A DNA stretch of 64,000 bases from Candidatus Micrarchaeota archaeon (GTDB lineage Archaea; Micrarchaeota; Micrarchaeia; Norongarragalinales; UBA8480), in assembly GCA_023247085.1 (NCBI GenBank), contig JAHFHC010000002.1, positions 24,395 through 88,394 of the forward strand. The letters are read 5' to 3'. The stretch's first letter is position 1; each line of letters starts with the position of its first letter. The position numbers and the translations under genes were made by a program. Below are positions 29,759-39,147 of this stretch, piece after piece. Below the pieces are notes generated by a model. That model did no database searches. It was not told the DNA's origin and worked only from the letters and a program-made list of their open reading frames with translations.

Positions 29759-30187
29759 ATGTTATACACCTATCGAGTAACCGCCGGACAAGAAACCATT
29801 GTTTCAGACTTACTACAGAAAAAAATTGAAAAAACCGGTGCACCAATAAAAGCAATAATAGTTGCGCCACGCTTGCGCGGCTACGTACTAGTAGAAGCAC
29901 CAGATGACATAAGCGCCAAGTCAATAATTGCAAATGTCCCACACATTAAAGGCGCATTGCACAAAGCAATGGTAATAGGCGACATCGCAGAATTACTTGA
30001 AAGCAAACCACAAGAAATCATACTTAACAAAGGCGATTTAGTTGAAATCATAGCAGGTGCATTCAAAGGCGAAAAAGCCAAAGTAGTACGCCTCGACCAA
30101 GAAGACGCAACAGTTGAACTAATCGAAGTAGCTGTACCAATTCCAGTAACCATCAAAGTAAACACTTTGAAACTAATGCCAAAATAA
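29759..30187 (+). CDS. spt5: Transcription elongation factor Spt5 (NusG)
   Basis: NGN domain (MLYTYRVTAGQE...) and C-terminal KOW motif (GDLVEIIAGAFKGEKAKVVRLD). TTATATTTT TATA box about 45 nt upstream. Confidence 0.8.
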   Translation: MLYTYRVTAGQETIVSDLLQKKIEKTGAPIKAIIVAPRLRGYVLVEAPDDISAKSIIANVPHIKGALHKAMVIGDIAELLESKPQEIILNKGDLVEIIAGAFKGEKAKVVRLDQEDATVELIEVAVPIPVTIKVNTLKLMPK

Positions 30188-30307
30188 ACTCAACTACGTT
30201 TTAGGTATTTTTGGCCCTCCTGCGAAATCATTATTAATTGTCCATTTCCTACTTACCTAGCTTCTGAGTCTAAAAAAATACGCTTTTAATCTGGAGATGA
30301 AATTTAC

Positions 30308-30805
30308 ATGACTAACAAAATGACCATACCTGCAATGGTAGAAGCAGGCAAAGCAAGCATGGGCCCACCGTTAGGACCTGCGCTCGGCCCTTCTGGAGTA
30401 AACCCCGGTCAAGTGATTGCAGCAATCAACGAAAAAACAAAAGCATTCGCTGGAATGACTGTACCAATCAAAGTTGTTATTGACAAAGATTCCAAAACAT
30501 TTGAAATCGAAGTAGGCACACCCCCAACTTCAAGCTTGATAAAAGGCGAACTCGGCTTAAAAGAGCCAGTTAAAGAAGAAGCTGGAGTAAAAGGCAAAAA
30601 AACAATCGGAAACCTCTCTTTTGACCAAGTGGTTAAAGTTGCACGAATGAAACGCGATTCAACACTTGCAAAAACACTCAAAGCAGGAGCAATGGAAGTA
30701 ATGGGTACGTGCGTTTCACTTGGAGTAACCGTAGAAGGCAAAAAACCACAAGAAGTCCAAGCAGAAGTAAAAGAAGGCAAATGGGATAAACCACTAAAAG
30801 AATAA
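30308..30805 (+). CDS. rpl11: 50S ribosomal protein L11 (uL11)
   Basis: N-terminus MVEAGKASMGPPLGPALGPSGVNPGQV is diagnostic of uL11. Confidence 0.9.
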   Translation: MTNKMTIPAMVEAGKASMGPPLGPALGPSGVNPGQVIAAINEKTKAFAGMTVPIKVVIDKDSKTFEIEVGTPPTSSLIKGELGLKEPVKEEAGVKGKKTIGNLSFDQVVKVARMKRDSTLAKTLKAGAMEVMGTCVSLGVTVEGKKPQEVQAEVKEGKWDKPLKE

Positions 30806-30851
30806 GCTGTGCTTTATTCACAACGCGCTGTGTGTTTATTTTTCGTTTTTT

Positions 30852-32159
30852 TTAAACTTTTTCAACTCCGCCGCCCCAAATTGCTGGTGGCACGTGCGGT
30901 TGCTTTATCACTAGCCGTTTAACAATATGCCTAATGGCTTTGCGTGCGGTTTCTGCTTCTTCATGATGAACTGCTACAAATAGTTTTTTATCTTCTTCAG
31001 GCGTTTCGGGCAAGTAAGTTCTTTCAACTACTTTGCCGCCATCCACAACGCGATACTTTATTTTCTTTTCAAACGAACTAGTTACGTCAACGTAAAATCT
31101 ATGTTCTTTTAACCCAGATCTACGCAATGCCCTTATAATTTTCAAGCGCATTAATGCAAGTTGTGCAGGATTTCTAACTCGGGATTTCAATTGTGTGAAA
31201 TTCGCTGCAAAAACCGGAACATAACTGCTGTGCACGTTGTGTTGTTTGAACAGTGGTTCGGCTTCAGGGATATCGCTTTCGCGTAATTTTTTTTCTGCGA
31301 CATGTTCAATTTCATGTGTTAAATCTCTAACTGTGACGACTTTTTGGTCAATTGCTTTTTGCAAAGCTCTACGTAACAAGTGGCGTGTTAGCATCAAAAA
31401 CGGTTGGCCGTAGAGTTCAGACCAAAATAAGTTTCGATAATCCGAAAATTTGCGAACCGCAGCTTCACCTTCTCTTGTAACACATAATTTTCCTTTATGT
31501 AGCCGCAAATTTTCGATGACTTCTTCAACGTTTCTACCAACGCCAGCTTGTACGTGGGAATACGCGCCGATTTTAAAAGCGTCGCGCTGAAGGTAATCCA
31601 TTCTATCGGCATATTCTGTAATTATTTCGCCCAACCCTTTGCCGCGCATTAATCCAAGCACTTTTTCAAAGTCGAGCCCATGTTTTTTAAGTAAAGCTGG
31701 AACTCCGTTTTCCCTGAGTTTTTTCTCACCAAGTTGCTCGTGATCCATTCCAGTCGATTTCTTTACAATTGGTTCAGAACCATGTGAAAACGCCGAGTGC
31801 CCAACGTCGTGAAGTAAAGCAGCTACGCGCAATTGTTGAATTTGCTTTTGAGATAAGCGTAGCCTTTGCCCTATTCTTCCAGCTAAGTGCATTGCGCCTA
31901 TTGCATGCTGAAGCCGATCATGCGAAGCACTAGTATAATACCCTGACAAATCAGCTTCCATTTGATGTACAAATTGCAATCTAGCCACGCTTGGCACGCC
32001 TAATAGCGATTGCTCTACTTTTGTAAGTGTTATCGAGCCATGAATGGCATCATGAAGCGTGTTATCTTCATCGTCAATTAACTCGTGGCCAATTACAGCT
32101 AAGCCTTCTCTTCGCCATAAATCATTTGGCTCTTTTTTTCTGCGCTTGTTTTCAGCCAT
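30852..32159 (-). CDS. HD-domain phosphohydrolase (dGTPase/dNTP triphosphohydrolase-like)
   Basis: 435 aa. HD motif AALLHDVGHSAFSHGSE, with an upstream His (MHLAGRIGQRL). Confidence 0.6.
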   Translation of the reverse strand: MAENKRRKKEPNDLWRREGLAVIGHELIDDEDNTLHDAIHGSITLTKVEQSLLGVPSVARLQFVHQMEADLSGYYTSASHDRLQHAIGAMHLAGRIGQRLRLSQKQIQQLRVAALLHDVGHSAFSHGSEPIVKKSTGMDHEQLGEKKLRENGVPALLKKHGLDFEKVLGLMRGKGLGEIITEYADRMDYLQRDAFKIGAYSHVQAGVGRNVEEVIENLRLHKGKLCVTREGEAAVRKFSDYRNLFWSELYGQPFLMLTRHLLRRALQKAIDQKVVTVRDLTHEIEHVAEKKLRESDIPEAEPLFKQHNVHSSYVPVFAANFTQLKSRVRNPAQLALMRLKIIRALRRSGLKEHRFYVDVTSSFEKKIKYRVVDGGKVVERTYLPETPEEDKKLFVAVHHEEAETARKAIRHIVKRLVIKQPHVPPAIWGGGVEKV

Positions 32160-32300
32160 GTAGATAGCTACGGCGAAAGCGTTTTAAAGCCGTTCACTTC
32201 TTTTTAATGTTAACTGAGTTGCTTCGCCCGAAGTGACTTTTCTAACAATCGACTATTTTGCTTCGGTGAAATAGAAGGGTTTCAAAAAAGCGTAATTTAT

Positions 32301-32933
32301 ATGGACAAAGGTAAATTGTCAAAAGCTATTCAAACTGCTCTAGAAAAAGGCAAAGGTAAATGTAAGTTTGCCCAAAGCGTAGAAATCGCGGTTAATTTTC
32401 ACGATATTGACTTCAACAAGCCAGAAAATCGTCTTAACTTAGACGTTGTACTTCCTTATGTTCCAAAACAACAAAAAATCGCAATTTTTGCAGACGGCCA
32501 ACTAGCACTTGACGCTAGGACAACGTGCGATAAAACCATTTCGCCAGCTGAAATTGAACAGTACACAAAAGACAAAAAATTACAAAAAGAACTACTTCAA
32601 TACTCGCTAATTTCGTCAACTGCGTTAATGCCTGTTGTTGGAAAAGCACTTGGTCAATTACTAGGTGCACGTGGAAAACTACCGCGGCCAGTTATGCCTG
32701 GAACCAGCTTAAAGGATTTAGTTGACCGAGTAAAGCGCAGCATTTCAGTTAAAACAAAAGGCAAATACTTACCAACTGTACATGCGCTAATTGGAACCGA
32801 GTCAATGTCCAGTGACCAACTACTTGAAAACTTACAAACTATACTTGAAGCAATTGAAAAGAAAATCCCCGAACACCAAATCTCTTCAATATTTATAAAA
32901 ACCACAATGGGGCCAGCTGTAAAGGTGGCTTAG
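32301..32933 (+). CDS. rpl1: 50S ribosomal protein L1 (uL1)
   Basis: 210 aa, conserved position after L11. uL1-like motifs (LPRPVMPGT, KFIKTTMGPAV). Confidence 0.85.
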   Translation: MDKGKLSKAIQTALEKGKGKCKFAQSVEIAVNFHDIDFNKPENRLNLDVVLPYVPKQQKIAIFADGQLALDARTTCDKTISPAEIEQYTKDKKLQKELLQYSLISSTALMPVVGKALGQLLGARGKLPRPVMPGTSLKDLVDRVKRSISVKTKGKYLPTVHALIGTESMSSDQLLENLQTILEAIEKKIPEHQISSIFIKTTMGPAVKVA

Positions 32934-32938
32934 TAAAC

Positions 32939-33766
32939 ATGATTTCCAAACCACAAAAACTTGAAACTGTAAAAAACGTTGGGAAAAAACTCTCCCAGTA
33001 CAAAGTAGTAGCAGTAGCAAGCATCAGTGGGTTAAAATCAAGACAATTTAACGCGATTAAAAAGAAACTCCGCGGCCAAGCAGAACTCATAGTAGCACGA
33101 AAAACACTACTGCAAAAAGCAATTGATAACAGCAAGCCAGAAGTCAAGGGACTAGAAGCACACATGACTGGCGCTGAAATACTAGTTTTATCCAATCTCG
33201 ATGCGTTTAAGTTATACAAATTATTCAAACAAAACAAAACTAAAACAGCTGCTAAAGCAGGTGCAATTGCACCAGCTGACATAGTTATCCCGGCAGGTGA
33301 AACTAACCTTGCGCCGGGTCCAGTGCTCACTGAATTAAAACAAGCGAAACTAGACGCAAAAATCCAAGGGCCAAAAATCGTAATTACAAAAGATGCAGTT
33401 GTAGCAAAAGCGGGTCAGCCAATTTCGCCACAAGTAGCATCAGTACTATCCAAGCTAGGTATTGAGCCACTAGAAGTTGGAATTGAGCTCCAAGCTGCCT
33501 TTGAAGAAGGTACAATTTACCCGGGTGCAATTCTAAACGTTGACGACGAACAAATCCTAGCACAAATCGTGAGTTGCCACCAAAAGGCGGTTAACCTTGC
33601 TGTTAATGCAGAGATCTTCAACAGTGTTTCAATGGAATTATTGTTAATGAAAGCTTCCCGCGAGTCTAAAGCAATCAGTGGGCTCTTCAAGCCAAATGTT
33701 GGTGAAGAACAAAAAGCAGTTCAAACTGAAACTCCAGCAGAAGCACAATCTCCGCCAGTAGCATAG
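32939..33766 (+). CDS. rpl10: 50S ribosomal protein L10 (uL10/P0)
   Basis: 275 aa, conserved position in the L11-L1-L10-L12 cluster. Confidence 0.8.
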   Translation: MISKPQKLETVKNVGKKLSQYKVVAVASISGLKSRQFNAIKKKLRGQAELIVARKTLLQKAIDNSKPEVKGLEAHMTGAEILVLSNLDAFKLYKLFKQNKTKTAAKAGAIAPADIVIPAGETNLAPGPVLTELKQAKLDAKIQGPKIVITKDAVVAKAGQPISPQVASVLSKLGIEPLEVGIELQAAFEEGTIYPGAILNVDDEQILAQIVSCHQKAVNLAVNAEIFNSVSMELLLMKASRESKAISGLFKPNVGEEQKAVQTETPAEAQSPPVA

Positions 33767-33867
33767 CGCAGTCGGAATTCTTAATTTTTCTTTTAATTTT
33801 CAAAAAAATAACAACAAACAAAAAAGAGCTTGTAAAACAATCAAAAATAATAAACGGTGAATCAAAA

Positions 33868-34164
33868 ATGGAATATACTTACGCAGCAATGTTGCTTCAC
33901 GCAACTAAACAACCAATCAATGCAGAAAACTTGAAAAAAGTGCTAACCGCAGCAGGCGCAACAGCGGATGAGCTAAAGATCAAGGCACTTGTAACTGCAT
34001 TAGAGGGAGTTAATATTGAAGAAGCAATTGCAAAAGCAGCAGTAGTTGCCGCTCCAGCAGCAGGCGCAGCGCCCGCAGCAGCAAAAGCTGAAGTGAAAGA
34101 CGAAAAAACTGAAGAAAAGAAGGAAGAAGAAGCCGCAGCCGGACTAGCAAGCCTATTCGGCTAA
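33868..34164 (+). CDS. rpl12: 50S ribosomal protein L12 (P1/aL12 stalk protein)
   Basis: 98 aa. Ala/Pro-rich hinge, acidic tail [17 protein letters not shown]. Confidence 0.9.
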   Translation: MEYTYAAMLLHATKQPINAENLKKVLTAAGATADELKIKALVTALEGVNIEEAIAKAAVVAAPAAGAAPAAAKAEVKDEKTEEKKEEEAAAGLASLFG

Positions 34165-34168
34165 AAAG

Positions 34169-34230
34169 CCTTTTTTCTTTCCTTTTATTTTCTTTTTTTA
34201 TTTTAATTTTTTTTATTGATTTTTTTCTAT
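34169..34230 (+). terminator. Oligo-T rich tract downstream of rpl12 (putative archaeal intrinsic termination region)
   Basis: Runs of T5-T8 immediately after the rpl12 stop. Confidence 0.3.
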
Positions 34231-34346
34231 TTATTTTTCTTTTAATTCAGTAGCCTTGGCACTAGCGATACATAAAATAAAACTAAAAAAAGAAGTCGAA
34301 CCCGTCCGGTTGTTTTGGGGGCTCGAGTGGGTAAGAAGTGCAAAAT

Positions 34347-34763
34347 TTATCCAGCTGGTTTGGTTTCTGGAGCTGGCATTAGCTTAGCACGTGGCACGTT
34401 AATAGGTGCGCTTACGTTAATTCCAAATGCAAGTAGAGTTCCAATTGCTGAACAAGTGTAAGTCATTGCAGTTAGCAAGTCGCTAGCCATGTTCTCTGGA
34501 AGTTGGCCGGTTTTCTCCCACTGTTCTTTTGCGTTTTTAGCGTCTTTTTCGCTTTCTTCAAATACAATCTCGCCTTCAATTACCATCTTAGCAACATCTG
34601 GCTTGTATGTGACTTCATAAGTATAAGTTACTAACAGCTTAGTTTTATCGAATTTTAATGAGCCGACTCGAATGTTAACTACGGACCCACTGTGAGCCAT
34701 GTCTTTCATTCGTTCTGCGCTGATTTTTTTTACTGTTCCGCCGGTAATCATTTGAAACAACAC
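34347..34763 (-). CDS. hypothetical protein
   Basis: 138-aa ORF; no motifs recognised. Confidence 0.3.
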   Translation of the reverse strand: MLFQMITGGTVKKISAERMKDMAHSGSVVNIRVGSLKFDKTKLLVTYTYEVTYKPDVAKMVIEGEIVFEESEKDAKNAKEQWEKTGQLPENMASDLLTAMTYTCSAIGTLLAFGINVSAPINVPRAKLMPAPETKPAG

Positions 34764-34857
34764 CTCTAGTTAATACGTCTAAATAGTACTATTGCCGATA
34801 AAGGGCTATTAGTATACAATTATAGAAATTAAACTGCTTTTAAAACCGCCGGTTTTT

Positions 34858-35547
34858 TCAAAAGTCAAGCGTTTGGCCAATTTGAAGCACTTTAACTTCA
34901 GCGCGGCCGTTGCCTTGGCTCCGTTTGGCAAAATCGTGTGAATCAACCATTATTTTTTCAAATGTGTTAAAGTGCATTGGCACAACGAACCTAGCTTTAA
35001 TACGTTTAATCGCACTAAGCGCCCCATATATGTCCATTGTGTAAGTGCCGCCAATTGGAATCAAAGCAACGTCTACGTTGATTTGACCCATTTCAAAAAA
35101 GTCATATGTGTCTCCAGCAAAGTAGACACTCTTACCGTTTTTTTCAACAATATATCCAACTGGGTTAATGCTCTGCGGGTGGCGCGCTGGAGTAACTGAA
35201 ACATTAAGCCCATGAAGCGTAAATTCATCTCCAGTTTGCACTGCCATTTTTTGCCTGGGCGAAACATCAGTTAACAATGCGAGAGTTTGATCTGGAGCAA
35301 CAACAGTTGCAAATGTCTTTTGACTAATGCGCGTAACATCATAAGGGTCACAGTGGTCAAAATGCTCGTGGCTGATCATAATAGCATCTGCTTTTCTAAT
35401 AGAGTCAACGTTCTGTATCCCCGGACTTACAAGCCGTTGCATTTGCCTGGGCTTTTGGTCAAACCAAGGGTCAAAGTAGATGATGCTTCCGCCAAGGTTA
35501 ACTTCAAAACTCGCGTGCCCGAGCCAAGTGACGCTTGCCATAAACAA
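34858..35547 (-). CDS. Metallo-beta-lactamase-fold hydrolase
   Basis: 229 aa. ISHEHFDHCD (HxHxDH) motif. Confidence 0.7.
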   Translation of the reverse strand: MFMASVTWLGHASFEVNLGGSIIYFDPWFDQKPRQMQRLVSPGIQNVDSIRKADAIMISHEHFDHCDPYDVTRISQKTFATVVAPDQTLALLTDVSPRQKMAVQTGDEFTLHGLNVSVTPARHPQSINPVGYIVEKNGKSVYFAGDTYDFFEMGQINVDVALIPIGGTYTMDIYGALSAIKRIKARFVVPMHFNTFEKIMVDSHDFAKRSQGNGRAEVKVLQIGQTLDF

Positions 35548-35712
35548 AACAAGGGGGGCAAATACTATTAAAACCTACTTGACTCAACGATATGTGGCAT
35601 AGTCAGTGAAGCATAACTTCCGGAATTCATATTGTGCTCCATTTTTGCGCCTATCCTATTATCCTATTAAAAACTCAAAATACTTAAAATATAAAATTGG
35701 TGAAATTTACAA

Positions 35713-36870
35713 ATGTTAGATAGACAACCAGTAGACAATTCAAGCAGCGAAACAACAACCCAACCAATTGACAAGTCGAATAACAAGCCAAATATTCCAA
35801 TTGCCTTCATAGCTTTCTTAATTATTGCAATAGCGTTCATTTTGTTCAATGTTTACAGCTTTTTAACGCCAGTGAGTCCAATCGCAGGCGCAACAAATGC
35901 GGTTGTTGCAAAACCAATTTTACTTAGCGCCCAGAATTGCGTTAACTGCTTTCCACTTGACCAAGCTGCAACTCAAATCTTTCAAAACTTCGACCGCGTT
36001 TCTTACGCAGATAGCCACGGAAAAGATTTAGTTACTAAGTATTCGATTGCTAAACTTCCAGCGTTAATAATTTTCGACCCTTTAGCTCAATCTAATCCGC
36101 AATTAGCACAATTACTTGTCAAAAAAGGTGACGCGTTTGTCTTGGAAGCACCATCGGCTCCTTTTTACGACATTGCCTCTCAGTCAATAAAAGGAATCGT
36201 AACGCTAACTTCAATCACACCACTTAACTGCAGTAAGTGTACGGCTCCTTCGAATCTTGCTGACGAGTTTAAACAAAACAAAGTCAGCCTCGTATCTCAG
36301 TCGTTCATTGAGGGAAGCGAAAAAGCAAATGAGTTAATAGCTAAATACAATCTGTCTTTCTTACCTGCATTTATTTTAACGCATGATTTGCTTGAATACC
36401 CGACATTTAAACGATCATGGAACACAATGGGTTCAATTGAGCCAGATGGGACACTAGTTATGCGCCTTCCACTTCCGCCGTACAAAAACATCTCAACACA
36501 AAACATCGAAGGACTCGTAAGTGTAACTTACTTAAGCGACACAAGTTGTACGGCATGTTACAATGTTTCTGTTCACCGGGCTGTTTTGAAAGGATTAAAT
36601 GTACATATAGAAAACGAGACTTTTGTTGACGTGAGCTCACCTGAAGGCACCGCGATTTTAGCTAAGTATAATGTAACTGCTGTACCAACTATATTGTTAT
36701 CAAAAGAAGCGAACGTCTACTTTTCCATTAAACAAGTGTGGGCAACAGTTGGCTCAACAGAATCAGATGGCGTTTTTGTATTTCGTAATTTAGCTAAAAC
36801 TCCTGGCTTAGTTTATAAGAATTTGACTACTGGCCAGATTTTAAATTCAACTTCGCCAAGTGCAACTTAA
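35713..36870 (+). CDS. Membrane-anchored protein with three tandem thioredoxin/glutaredoxin-like CxxC modules
   Basis: N-terminal TM (IAFIAFLIIAIAFILF), then three repeats each with CxxC (CVNC, CSKC, CTAC) followed by a ...KY(S/N)(I/L/V)...(L/V)P(A/T)... motif reminiscent of thioredoxin-fold proteins. Confidence 0.45.
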   Translation: MLDRQPVDNSSSETTTQPIDKSNNKPNIPIAFIAFLIIAIAFILFNVYSFLTPVSPIAGATNAVVAKPILLSAQNCVNCFPLDQAATQIFQNFDRVSYADSHGKDLVTKYSIAKLPALIIFDPLAQSNPQLAQLLVKKGDAFVLEAPSAPFYDIASQSIKGIVTLTSITPLNCSKCTAPSNLADEFKQNKVSLVSQSFIEGSEKANELIAKYNLSFLPAFILTHDLLEYPTFKRSWNTMGSIEPDGTLVMRLPLPPYKNISTQNIEGLVSVTYLSDTSCTACYNVSVHRAVLKGLNVHIENETFVDVSSPEGTAILAKYNVTAVPTILLSKEANVYFSIKQVWATVGSTESDGVFVFRNLAKTPGLVYKNLTTGQILNSTSPSAT

Positions 36871-37471
36871 CGTATTCAATTGCGTTTTCTCTTCGAGAAT
36901 CAACTTCGAGCATTGGACAAAGTTGCTTGTAATGCTTTAGCAATGGCTTAGTTTTTTCTTCGTATATAGCTATTCGCCTAGCTATAGTTGTAGCTTCGTC
37001 TTCTTTTCTGTGAACTAATTCGCCCCCGCACACGTCACATGTTCCTGTTTTACGCGGTGGAGAGTACTTCGTGTTAAAAATAGCGTGACACTTTGAACAA
37101 ATAACGCGATTAATAATCCGATCAACAATAGTTGGTTCATCTGCAAACAAGTTTATAACTAAGTCAATTTTCTTATTGCGTTTTGCCAGTAAATCTTCCA
37201 AATCCCCCGCTTGTTTCAAGTTACGAGGATACCCGTCTAATATGACGTCGTCGTTTATTTCCTTTGCAACTAAGGCTAGAGTCTCTTCATCACTCATTAG
37301 TTTACCTGCATCTAAGTCTTCTTTAATTTTTTTTCCAAGTGGAGTGCCAGCTGCAATTTCGCGCCTAAACAAGTCACCAGTAGAAATTTGCCTAGCTACT
37401 TTTTGAGTTTGTAACGCTTGTGCTAACGTGCCCTTTCCCGAACCAGGCGCACCAAGCAAAACCAAAATCAT
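36827..37471 (-). CDS. adk: Adenylate kinase (long, bacterial-type with zinc-binding LID)
   Basis: P-loop LLGAPGSGKGTLAQ; the LID contains CSKC...CDVCGG. The 3' end overlaps the convergent upstream gene by about 44 nt. Confidence 0.85.
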   Translation of the reverse strand: MILVLLGAPGSGKGTLAQALQTQKVARQISTGDLFRREIAAGTPLGKKIKEDLDAGKLMSDEETLALVAKEINDDVILDGYPRNLKQAGDLEDLLAKRNKKIDLVINLFADEPTIVDRIINRVICSKCHAIFNTKYSPPRKTGTCDVCGGELVHRKEDEATTIARRIAIYEEKTKPLLKHYKQLCPMLEVDSRRENAIEYVKLHLAKLNLKSGQ

Positions 37472-37506
37472 TTGTAAACCCTACACCTTTTTATTAACGA
37501 AAAAGC

Positions 37507-37659
37507 GGGCTCGGTGGGATTCGAACCCACGACCCTCTGGTTTCTTCCCTCTAGAGAATAGAGTTAAAAGCCAGATGCTCTAGCCATTTCAGGAACAAAG
37601 AAAAACACGGTTGCGATAATCGCTATCATGCTTCTTTATTCTAGCTGAGCTACAAGCCC
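37507..37659 (-). tRNA. tRNA-Lys (anticodon UUU) with two introns (D-loop and anticodon-loop)
   Basis: Reverse complement reads GGGCTTG-TA-GCTCAGC[approx 57 nt insert]TGGCTAGAGC-A-TCTGG-CTTTTA[approx 23 nt insert]A-CCAGA-GGGTC-GTGGG-TTCGAAT-CCCAC-CGAGCCC. The 7-bp acceptor has one G-U pair, the T-loop is GTTCGAAT-like, and the anticodon loop CTTTTAA gives UUU. CCA is not encoded. Confidence 0.6.
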
Positions 37660-37683
37660 ACGTTAGTTTTTCGGACTGAATCA

Positions 37684-37693
37684 AAATATAAAC
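37684..37693 (-). promoter_or_regulatory. TATA box (TTTATATTT on the minus strand) about 30 nt upstream of the tRNA-Lys 5' end
   Basis: AT-rich box at the canonical archaeal promoter distance from the mature tRNA 5' end at 37659. Confidence 0.4.
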
Positions 37694-37806
37694 TTGCACT
37701 TCGCCCACTCATACTTAATAATCTTGGCGAAATGTAAGGCTATAACAAAGCAGCATTAATTCGGGTGCTTAACTGCTTTGTTTTCTGCTTTGTTATATAA
37801 ACCTGC

Positions 37807-38211
37807 GTGGTTTTGTATTTGGGTAATATGCCAATTGCAGTTGTGTTAGATACGAATTTCCTCTTATTGCCTTTTCAGCGTAAGCTAGATCTAGAAGGGG
37901 AAGTTGAACGATTATTAGAAACCCCGCACTTCTACGTGGTACTTGGCCAGTGCCTTGACGAATTACGCGAAATGGGGTCAAAACAACGCAAATTCTCTCC
38001 AGCCAGCAGAGCAGCTTTAGCCTTAATAGCAAATAAAAAATTTGTAGTTGAACGCGGCTTTCCGGGTCCGCCAGACGATGCAATCCTAAAATATTGCATT
38101 GCAAAAAATGCAATTATGTGCACTGCGGACGCTGCATTGCGCGCCAAGGCTAAAAAAGCGCGAGTTAAGACGATTTATTTACGAGGCAAAAGCCATTTAG
38201 CACTAGCTTAG
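37807..38211 (+). CDS. PIN-domain protein, Fcf1-like (COG1412-type) RNase
   Basis: AVVLDTNFLLLPFQ PIN motif with a second acidic cluster (CTADAAL). Sits in the position commonly conserved next to rpoE/spt4 in archaea. Start may be the internal MPIAVV. Confidence 0.5.
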   Translation: MVLYLGNMPIAVVLDTNFLLLPFQRKLDLEGEVERLLETPHFYVVLGQCLDELREMGSKQRKFSPASRAALALIANKKFVVERGFPGPPDDAILKYCIAKNAIMCTADAALRAKAKKARVKTIYLRGKSHLALA

Positions 38212-38251
38212 CGTTTTTAAAAGATAACTCTATTATGTTTAAGGCGTTGTT

Positions 38252-38539
38252 ATGCCTCTATCAAAGTCACACGAAAATCACTTAGTTGTATTGGAAGCTG
38301 CCGGGGTTCCAAATCATGAGTTATTTAGACCTTATCCAAGAGTAACTGCTGCTTTACACGCATCAGTAACCGTTGATAGCGCTGCGCCTATTGCTGGCTT
38401 TGCTCATCAAATTGGCAGAAGAATAGGTGATATGCCTACAGCAAAACGCGATAAGTTATTAGCTTCAATTGAACGCCGTGCGCTTATACGTCGCAAAGAT
38501 ACAACTCTTTACGATTTATTAGAGAAAGTTAGCGCTTAG
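38252..38539 (+). CDS. hypothetical protein
   Basis: 95-aa ORF between the PIN gene and rpo7; no motifs. Confidence 0.3.
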   Translation: MPLSKSHENHLVVLEAAGVPNHELFRPYPRVTAALHASVTVDSAAPIAGFAHQIGRRIGDMPTAKRDKLLASIERRALIRRKDTTLYDLLEKVSA

Positions 38540-38624
38540 TCATTTTATTTGGTTTTTTATGTATCAAAGCGTTTTTTAATAAGGACTCTCCTATTTTTTT
38601 ACTTATTTTAAGAGGTTTACATGT

Positions 38625-39140
38625 ATGTATCGATTAGTAACTTTCAAAGAAGTAGTTAGAATCCCGCCAAACCATTTTGGAAAAAAAGTGTCAAAAGGCG
38701 CCCTAGATTTGCTTAGAGAGCAATACGAGCGAACAGTTTCCAAACAACATGGCATTGTAATTAGCTTGCACGATGCAAGAATAAAGTCAACTGGCAAAGT
38801 GATTCACGGCGATGGAGCTGTATTTTGCGACGTTGAATTTGATGCATTAGTTTTTACTCCAGTTGCAAACGAAGTTGTTGAAGGTCGGGTATCTGAAATA
38901 GTCGAATTTGGTGCATTTGTGCGGCTTGGACCAATCGATGGCTTAGTGCACGTTTCACAAATAGCAAACGATTACTTTTCATACGATAAAAGAGTAGATG
39001 CCCTCGTTGGCAAAAATTCAAAGAAATCCCTTAAAAAAGGAGAATTAGTTCGCGGTAAAATTGCAACAATCAGTTTGAAAGACACGATTCCCAACAGTAA
39101 AATCGCTTTGACGATGCGCACTGAAGGGCTAAATAAGTGA
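38625..39140 (+). CDS. rpo7: DNA-directed RNA polymerase subunit E' (Rpo7)
   Basis: 171 aa. N-terminal RNP-like domain followed by an S1 domain (GRVSEIVEFGAFVRLGPIDGLVHVSQI). Followed by spt4/rpoE''. Confidence 0.75.
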   Translation: MYRLVTFKEVVRIPPNHFGKKVSKGALDLLREQYERTVSKQHGIVISLHDARIKSTGKVIHGDGAVFCDVEFDALVFTPVANEVVEGRVSEIVEFGAFVRLGPIDGLVHVSQIANDYFSYDKRVDALVGKNSKKSLKKGELVRGKIATISLKDTIPNSKIALTMRTEGLNK

Positions 39141-39147
39141 TGTAGAA

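Noticed and set aside
32654-33330. Minus-strand ORFs of 83 and 145 aa
   Set aside because: Antisense to rpl1/rpl10, which have strong family signatures; shadow ORFs.
34165-34346. Long T/A-rich low-complexity tract after rpl12
   Set aside because: Considered as a repeat or ncRNA; more simply explained as an oligo-T termination region of the ribosomal operon plus an AT-rich spacer.
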